The notes under the pieces were generated by a model. The model searched no databases. It was not told the origin of the DNA and worked only from the letters and a program-made list of their open reading frames with translations. The position numbers and the translations under genes were made by a program. From the NCBI GenBank assembly GCA_040326155.1, contig JBEQLE010000091.1, forward strand, positions 1 through 14,008: DNA of 14,008 nucleotides, written 5' to 3'. The stretch comes from Leptospirales bacterium (GTDB lineage: Bacteria > Spirochaetota > Leptospiria > Turneriellales > JAOUFE01). Numbering within the stretch: position 1 is the first letter of the stretch; each line of letters begins with the position of its first letter. Of this stretch, positions 8,180 to 14,008 are shown piece after piece.

Positions 8180-8702
8180 TTACAGTCTCGTTTTCTGCCG
8201 CTAGCCGGTTTTTTTCCTCTTTTTCCATCTGGTAGAAAACATAAACCAACAGAACAGCCCCCACGCTTATAAAAGCGTCAGCAACATTAAATGTTGGCCA
8301 GCGAAAAGAGAATATATACACATCCAGAAAATCGACTACGCCCTTTCTAAAAAACCTGTCCGTAAAGTTACCCAGAGCGCCGCCGGCTATTAAAGCTATT
8401 GTAATATGGAAAATTCTATTGCTTGATGGTGTCTTAATATAGAAAACAATAAGAAGTATAATTGCTATTCCGGTCATAATTTGAAATATCATAGGATGAT
8501 CAGGAAATATGCCCAAAATTCCACCAGTGTTGTAATAAAGCGTATAATTAAAGAAGGAATCTATCACACTTTCGGTCACGCCTTCTTGTAAATTACGAAC
8601 TGCCCATATTTTCGTTATAACATCAAGAGCCCAGACAGCTATTACAGTAGCTAAAAAATGAGGAGCGAATTTGTGTTTTATTGAGTTTTGATTATCTTCC
8701 AT
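8169..8702 (-). CDS. lspA: Lipoprotein signal peptidase (signal peptidase II)
   Basis: 177 aa with four hydrophobic segments and motifs LDVITK, YNTG, GGALGNFTDR, VVDFL and FNVAD (the catalytic Asp dyad is in the last two). Confidence 0.96.
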   Translation of the reverse strand: MEDNQNSIKHKFAPHFLATVIAVWALDVITKIWAVRNLQEGVTESVIDSFFNYTLYYNTGGILGIFPDHPMIFQIMTGIAIILLIVFYIKTPSSNRIFHITIALIAGGALGNFTDRFFRKGVVDFLDVYIFSFRWPTFNVADAFISVGAVLLVYVFYQMEKEEKNRLAAENETVNEE

Positions 8703-8769
8703 AGTTATTATATCCGTTTTTAAGTTAATGTTTATTCGTTACGTGTATTTCGTTAGTTCGAGAGTAGAA

Positions 8770-11109
8770 TTATTTGATTCCGGGAAAAAGTATTCCTTTA
8801 ACTTCCAAATAATGATCTACGGGATGAATTGTCATCCCTTTCTTTAAATAATCGGCCAATTCTTTCCAATCTTTTATATTTTCTTTCGGGAATAGAAGCT
8901 TTTTTATACCGATTCTTCTCGCGGCAATTACTTTCTCTTTTAAACCACCGATCGGTAAAACCTGCCCGGTAAGACGAAGTTCTCCGGTCATGGCAAAACC
9001 CTTTGTAGGAATTTTCTGGTAATATAGCGAAAACAATGCAGTTGCAATTGTAATTCCTGCTGAGGGTCCGTCTTTCGGTGTGGCGCCGTCTGGAACATGA
9101 ATATGAATTTCATGTTTACTCCAGTATTCATCGTCATTAACAAGAGATTTTACATACGTAAACGCAATATCCGCGCTTTCCATCATTACTTTTCCAAGTT
9201 GTCCCGTAAGGCGAAAACGACCTTTTCCGGGAGTCGCCCTGGACTCAATGATCAGAGTTGTACCGCCCATCTGGGTCCATGCCAGTCCGATCGCGCAACC
9301 GGGATAATTCAATTTTGCTTCTTCATTGCTTAAAAATTTCTGCGTCCCGAGAATTTCTTCTACATTTGTTTCATCGATACTTTTCGGAAATTTCTTTTTA
9401 GCAACAATTGCAGTTACAGCCTTTCTGTATATTTTTTGAATATACTTTTCAATAGAGCGAACTCCGGCTTCTCGGGAATACCCGTCAATAATAAACTTTA
9501 GACCGTTCGTAGTTATGACGGGGGCGTTTTTTTTGGTTAAACCGACTTCTTTTATAGTGCGAGGTGCAATATACTTATGAACAATTTTAACTTTCTCTTC
9601 CAGAATATAACCTGAAAGTCGTATCAACTCCATTCGGTCGAGTAAGGGGGCTGGAATCGAATCTAAAGTATTTGCAGTCGTAATAAATGTTACATACGAA
9701 AGGTCAAAAGGTAAATCTAAAAAGTGATCTCGAAAAGCCTTGTTTTGTTCCGGGTCAAGCACTTCCAGAAGAGCGCTGGCAGGGTCTCCCTGGAATGAAA
9801 TACCAAGTTTATCAATTTCATCGAGCATTAATACAGGGTCTTTAGATTTTACAACTTTCAGGGCCTGTATAACTTTTCCCGGCATAGCGCCTACATACGT
9901 TCGACGGTGACCTTTAATCTCGGCTTCATCGCGCATTCCACCCAGTGAAAAACGGAAAAACTTTTTCCCCATGGCTGCAGCTATCGATTTACCCAAAGAT
10001 GTCTTACCAACTCCCGGCGGTCCGACAAAACATAGAATGGTCCCTTTTTCGTCTTTGCGGAATTTCTTTACCGACAAATGTTCTATAATACGATCTTTTA
10101 CATCGTTCAGACCAAAGTGGTCCCGATCGAGTATTCTTCGAGCCCGCACCAGATCAATATCTTTATATATAGGATCTTTCCATGGCAGCTCTAAAGTGAT
10201 ATCTAGATAATTACGTATAACCCCATATTCACTGGAGTGTGGGTCCACATAGTCAAACCGGCCCACTTCTTCTTTGGCCTTTTCCAGGGCTTCGTCCGGC
10301 AGTTCTGTGGAATTAATTTTCTTTAAGTAATAATCGGCGTCTTTTTCTTTATTTCCGCTGAGCCCTAATTCATCGCGAATAGCTTTTAACTGTTCCCTTA
10401 AATAATAGTCGCGTTGCTGATTGTCAAGTTTTTCATCCACTTCGCCTTGTATCTTCTGCTGGAGTTTAATTAACTCCATCTCGCGGGAAAGAAAGCTTAA
10501 AGCCATTCCGAGACGCTTTTTCAGATCGAAAGTTTCCAGTACTTTTTGAAATTCCTCTTTTTCGAGGTTTAAAATACTACATACAAAATCGGCAATTTTT
10601 CCCGGCTCTTCAACGTTAACCAAAGTCAGCTTCATCTCTTCTGTAAACAGAGGGCTTAAATTCGCAATTTCTTTCGACTTGGTTAAAACTGCCCGAGTAA
10701 GAGCCTGTAATTCACGATCTTTGCTGTTAACTTCGTCTCGACGATATTTTACTTTGGCCACAGGGCGGTGCCTGTTTTGCACATATTCTATGACAGAAAA
10801 ACGAGCCAGTGTATTCACTAAAAGATGAATGCCACCTTCCGGTAAATTTATTTTCTTAATAACTTTAACAACGGTCCCAACTTTATATAGGTTTTTAACC
10901 TTAATTTCACTTAGCCCGTCATCTTTTTGTAAAACAAAACCAAGAAAGGTCGTTTTCTTCAAAACATTTTCTACATAGTCACTTAATTCGCCGCTGGGAA
11001 TTAACAACGGGGTAACTATCCCTGGAAATACAGGGCGAAAACGTACCGGGAGAATATTTAAATTATCCGGTAGAAGCTGGTCGATCGTCACTACAATTTG
11101 GTCACTCAT
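8770..11109 (-). CDS. lon: ATP-dependent protease La (LonA)
   Basis: 779 aa with Lon N-domain (RPVFPG), YYLREQLKAI, DHFGLNDVKDRI, Walker A GPPGVGKT, Walker B MLDEIDK, LLEVLDPEQN, and protease Ser-Lys dyad (PKDGPSAG, IGGLKEK). Confidence 0.98.
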   Translation of the reverse strand: MSDQIVVTIDQLLPDNLNILPVRFRPVFPGIVTPLLIPSGELSDYVENVLKKTTFLGFVLQKDDGLSEIKVKNLYKVGTVVKVIKKINLPEGGIHLLVNTLARFSVIEYVQNRHRPVAKVKYRRDEVNSKDRELQALTRAVLTKSKEIANLSPLFTEEMKLTLVNVEEPGKIADFVCSILNLEKEEFQKVLETFDLKKRLGMALSFLSREMELIKLQQKIQGEVDEKLDNQQRDYYLREQLKAIRDELGLSGNKEKDADYYLKKINSTELPDEALEKAKEEVGRFDYVDPHSSEYGVIRNYLDITLELPWKDPIYKDIDLVRARRILDRDHFGLNDVKDRIIEHLSVKKFRKDEKGTILCFVGPPGVGKTSLGKSIAAAMGKKFFRFSLGGMRDEAEIKGHRRTYVGAMPGKVIQALKVVKSKDPVLMLDEIDKLGISFQGDPASALLEVLDPEQNKAFRDHFLDLPFDLSYVTFITTANTLDSIPAPLLDRMELIRLSGYILEEKVKIVHKYIAPRTIKEVGLTKKNAPVITTNGLKFIIDGYSREAGVRSIEKYIQKIYRKAVTAIVAKKKFPKSIDETNVEEILGTQKFLSNEEAKLNYPGCAIGLAWTQMGGTTLIIESRATPGKGRFRLTGQLGKVMMESADIAFTYVKSLVNDDEYWSKHEIHIHVPDGATPKDGPSAGITIATALFSLYYQKIPTKGFAMTGELRLTGQVLPIGGLKEKVIAARRIGIKKLLFPKENIKDWKELADYLKKGMTIHPVDHYLEVKGILFPGIK

Positions 11110-11155
11110 AATAATTTAGTCTTGGTATAAAAATAGTCATACTATTCTTTACGAT

Positions 11156-11186
11156 AACATAACATACTCAAAAATTTAATTGTCAA
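11156..11186 (-). promoter_or_regulatory. Candidate sigma70-type promoter for lon and the downstream lspA-rluD-uvrC genes
   Basis: In the 87-bp recJ-lon gap the minus strand reads TTGACA (11186-11181), a perfect -35 box. A TG-n-TATGTT extended -10-like hexamer follows at 11161-11156. The 19-nt spacer is longer than optimal. Sequence match only. Confidence 0.5.
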
Positions 11187-11196
11187 CCATTTTTCA

Positions 11197-13275
11197 TCAA
11201 ACGGTCTGCTTTATTATACTTTGCACAAAACGCAGTTGGTACTTCGTCTTTCCAAAAAAATAATTTATATTTGGCTCGGCTGCAAAAAGGTATTTATCAT
11301 ATTGGTCAAAGAAGTCTTTGTTTTCAGCGCCAAAAAACCAGACCCCTTCCACAAGAGATGTTGATATCGCTGGGAAATTCAATTTCAAGTGATTTTTTTC
11401 TTTTCCCATAAAAGAGTATTTCGGAGGTTGTGTAATTTCAAGCAGCAACAGAGGGTAAGGGTTGCTCTGCCCAAAGGGAGCAAAAGTTTTAATATCATTC
11501 CATAACGAGGTGCGTATATCACTATCCTTAATATCAATAATACAGGTGTCTTCAGGAAGATTTTCACCTTTGGTTAGATCTTGCTCGGCCAAAATTCGCG
11601 CTCCTTCCTTTAAAACCTCTTCCAGAAAAGCGTCTTTTTTATCGTGAGCAAGGGAAAAACCGGCTGCGGCTTCGTGTCCGCCAGATTGTATAAACCAGTG
11701 GTCCATTTTATGAATAATTTGAATAACATTTTCACCTTTTGCCGCTCGTATAGAACCACGCAGGCAATCGCCATCATCGACTAGAATTAAGGTTGGTCTG
11801 TTGTACTTTTCTGCAAATTTTCCCGCAACCAGGCCTGAAATACCCCGATGAACACGAGAGTCATAAAGCGCTAAAATCGGCGCGGTGTTATTTTCATCGA
11901 TCTGCTCTTCTAAAACCGAAATAGCAAGTTGCGAAAGTTCCTTTCTTTTTTCATTCTCGTCTTTCAATGAAGTCGACAACTTTGTCGCCTGTAAAGGGTC
12001 AGATTCTATTAAAACGTCCAGGCTCAACTTCGCGTTACCCATTCGACCTGCGGCATTTATGGCCGGACCAATACCAAAACCGATGTCCTTTTCACTGATC
12101 ATCCAGGGAGCGATTTTTAATACCTGTAATAGTTGTTTTAACCCGACAGGTATTTGCTCCGTATTATTTTGAATTACACGCAAACCTTCGCGTACTAAAA
12201 TTCTGTTATCATCCACAAGACTGACAGAATCGGCGACGGTACCAACGGCAGCTAAAGTTAAAAAAGGAACGGTAACATTTGCGGCCTTTTTCATGGCGAG
12301 GTTCTTTAAAATATGAAACTTCTGGACCGGTTCTAAATCGTCTTTGCAGCTGACTAAAAACCGAACCACCTTTGCCAGATCAGGATCGTTTTTCACCTCT
12401 GCCTTCCAGAGATCATCCAGATAAAAGGTATCGTCTTCAGAAACTCGTTCTGCCGTTTCTGTTTCATTTGCGATAATAGTTATATCATTTTTGGCGGGCT
12501 TCTCCACAAGAACGACGCCATTTTTTATAAATTGATCGCCGTCTTTAGTAACTATTTTATAGATTTTTTCAAAATCTGAAGTATGAGAATAAACGATGGC
12601 GTAGATAAAATTGAATGCCAGGCCTGCCGTACACAGATGTCTTTTTGCATGATTTTTATCCAGCCGCATAGGGTTTACAAAAGCGTCCACCGCAGGAAAG
12701 TCTTCCGGTTTTTCCGGTAGAAAGTGGTGGTCTAAAACCAGAACTTGTATTTCAGGAATTCTCTTGTTAATAAGTTCAAAAGAATCTTTATTCGAAGAAC
12801 CGCTATCCAAAACAATTAGAATATCGGGCTTCTCAGAAATAATTTTCTCGGCCACCTCTTCGGTAACGCCATATTTATCTTCTTCACCCGGCAAAAGAAG
12901 ATGTAACAAATCGTCCGGGTAGTTTAATACATTTTTAAAAAATAGATAACAAATTGCCGTAGACGTAACCCCATCGGCGTCACGATCTCCATAAAAAACA
13001 ATGCGCGGTTTCTCGGTTTTTTGCAATGCTGCTTTTATAACCGAAGCGGCAACCTGCATGTCGGGCAACTCAAACGGGAAAGTTAAAAAGAATCGATCAG
13101 GGAAAAAACAGTTTAGACTTTTTTGAAAAACCAGAGATGCGCCATCATCCGTTTCGGGCAACTCTAGTTCGGCAAGCCGCAACCGGGTCCAGTGAAGAAA
13201 CAAGTCTTTCTGGATACCGGTTGGGTCTGGTAAAAATGCTTCGAGATATTTACTTACTGACTCATACTCGATCAT
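11197..13275 (-). CDS. recJ: Single-stranded-DNA-specific exonuclease RecJ (DHH/DHHA1 family) with an internal insertion
   Basis: 692 aa with motifs YGDRDADGVTS, YG, VLDSGS, LDHH, VNP, GTVADSV..DDNR, GPAINAAGRM, HRGISGLVAG, RGSIR, GGHEAAAG, APFGQSNP and OB-fold NHLKL. Confidence 0.9.
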   Translation of the reverse strand: MIEYESVSKYLEAFLPDPTGIQKDLFLHWTRLRLAELELPETDDGASLVFQKSLNCFFPDRFFLTFPFELPDMQVAASVIKAALQKTEKPRIVFYGDRDADGVTSTAICYLFFKNVLNYPDDLLHLLLPGEEDKYGVTEEVAEKIISEKPDILIVLDSGSSNKDSFELINKRIPEIQVLVLDHHFLPEKPEDFPAVDAFVNPMRLDKNHAKRHLCTAGLAFNFIYAIVYSHTSDFEKIYKIVTKDGDQFIKNGVVLVEKPAKNDITIIANETETAERVSEDDTFYLDDLWKAEVKNDPDLAKVVRFLVSCKDDLEPVQKFHILKNLAMKKAANVTVPFLTLAAVGTVADSVSLVDDNRILVREGLRVIQNNTEQIPVGLKQLLQVLKIAPWMISEKDIGFGIGPAINAAGRMGNAKLSLDVLIESDPLQATKLSTSLKDENEKRKELSQLAISVLEEQIDENNTAPILALYDSRVHRGISGLVAGKFAEKYNRPTLILVDDGDCLRGSIRAAKGENVIQIIHKMDHWFIQSGGHEAAAGFSLAHDKKDAFLEEVLKEGARILAEQDLTKGENLPEDTCIIDIKDSDIRTSLWNDIKTFAPFGQSNPYPLLLLEITQPPKYSFMGKEKNHLKLNFPAISTSLVEGVWFFGAENKDFFDQYDKYLFAAEPNINYFFGKTKYQLRFVQSIIKQTV

Positions 13276-13276
13276 A

Positions 13277-13585
13277 TCAACTCATGGATGTAACTCCATT
13301 ATGAATACCGCCCCGATCTATTTGCAGTTGCTTGCATTCAATATCGCCCTGGACCTTTCCACTGGTCGAAATATTGATCAATTCAGCTTTCATATTTCCC
13401 TGCACATCCCCTTTTATGGAAATTTGCCGGGTATCTACATTGCCTTTTACAACTCCGCCTTGTTCAATTGTCAAAGCGCCATCGCTGCGAATCTTTCCTT
13501 CTACAGAACCTTCAATTTCAAGGTTCCCCTCATAAGAGATCTCACCACGAAATTTAATGTCATCGGTTATATGAGTCGTTTCCAT
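13277..13585 (-). CDS. Bactofilin (polymer-forming cytoskeletal protein, CcmA family)
   Basis: 102 aa of Gly/Val/Ile-rich beta-helix repeats (FRGEI, LEIEGSVEGKI, LTIEQGGVVKGNV, ISIKGDVQGNM, GKVQGDI, IDRGGIHNG). TAAGGA SD-like sequence about 11 nt upstream. The stop codon is 1 nt from the recJ ATG. Confidence 0.9.
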   Translation of the reverse strand: METTHITDDIKFRGEISYEGNLEIEGSVEGKIRSDGALTIEQGGVVKGNVDTRQISIKGDVQGNMKAELINISTSGKVQGDIECKQLQIDRGGIHNGVTSMS

Positions 13586-13599
13586 GTTTTAAATTTTCC

Positions 13600-14008
13600 T
13601 TACTTTTCGACAACAAATGCTTCGTCGTTTAATTTAAAATTTATGGAAGTAAGAAACTCACCTCGTTTTGCTTCGATGTTCGCTCGAATTTTCTGCTCAC
13701 GAAGCTGGCCCTCAATACGAGGTTTCATTTTTTTATAAGAATCAATTGTCGCCTTTTGTTTCGTCTGAGTCGCACGCGCTTTCGTTTGCGTTTTATATGT
13801 TTCGTATGACGCCTTTACTTCTTCTTCAGAAACGGTAATATCGCCTTCCCAGTGAGTTCGAATATAAAGCTCGGCAAGCGTATTTTGCTTTCGAAAATTC
13901 CAGGCTTTTTTATATTCATCACTTTCATAAAGGTTTTCGTCCTCAGCTATCAATAGAAAAACAGTATTCATAACATAATCTTGATAAAACCTCTGCACCA
14001 GACTTTCA
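13600..14008 (-). CDS. 5'-truncated hypothetical protein resembling a SurA/PrsA-like chaperone helical domain (possibly a LipL31-like lipoprotein)
   Basis: The frame stays open from the window edge to the stop at 13600. The pattern 'LLIAEDENL..SDEYK......Q.TLAELYI.......ITVSEEEVKASYE' matches the helical N-domain of PrsA/SurA-type foldases. No parvulin catalytic motif follows. The family call is from recalled similarity only. Confidence 0.5.
   Translation of the reverse strand, partial: ESLVQRFYQDYVMNTVFLLIAEDENLYESDEYKKAWNFRKQNTLAELYIRTHWEGDITVSEEEVKASYETYKTQTKARATQTKQKATIDSYKKMKPRIEGQLREQKIRANIEAKRGEFLTSINFKLNDEAFVVEK

Noticed and set aside
8703..8769. lon-lspA spacer with two TAACGAA copies (minus strand), considered as a possible sRNA or operator
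   Set aside because: There are only two 7-mers in an AT-rich spacer, with no stable hairpin or known motif.
11161..11186. Possible CIRCE (HrcA) element upstream of lon (TTGACAATT-N8-GAGTATGTT)
   Set aside because: It has many mismatches to TTAGCACTC-N9-GAGTGCTAA and the wrong spacer length. It is better explained as a -35/-10 promoter.
38..12172. The remaining short (60-110 aa) ORFs in the six-frame track that overlap the main genes
   Set aside because: All are nested in or antisense to well-supported conserved CDSs and show no recognisable protein motifs.
13301..13738. 145-aa + strand ORF
   Set aside because: It is an antisense shadow of the bactofilin and the upstream gene, with no motifs.

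Overview
Bacterial chromosomal housekeeping region with two convergent gene blocks. On the + strand (51-5241) is an assimilatory sulfate-reduction cluster: cysH (Fe-S/APS-reductase type), a siroheme sulfite reductase, cysD and cysN with a fused, degenerate APS-kinase (CysC-like) domain. On the - strand (14008->5273) are a 5'-truncated SurA/PrsA-like helical protein, bactofilin, recJ, lon, lspA, an RluD-like pseudouridine synthase and uvrC. From recalled protein similarity only (Lon N-terminus, RecJ GDRDADG motif) the source looks like a spirochaete (Leptospirales-like); this is inference. I saw no mobile element, CRISPR array, RNA gene or clearly new multi-gene system. The most notable details are within genes. 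The rluD frame carries an intact S4 domain with no ATG/GTG/TTG upstream of it, and the best start candidate is an ACG overlapping lspA. CysN ends in a pseudo-kinase domain. CysD keeps the CC...CxxC Fe-S ligand motif. The sulfite reductase has a Cys->Ser change at a crosslink site and a C-terminal GEGEC tail. RecJ carries an insertion of about 90-100 aa.
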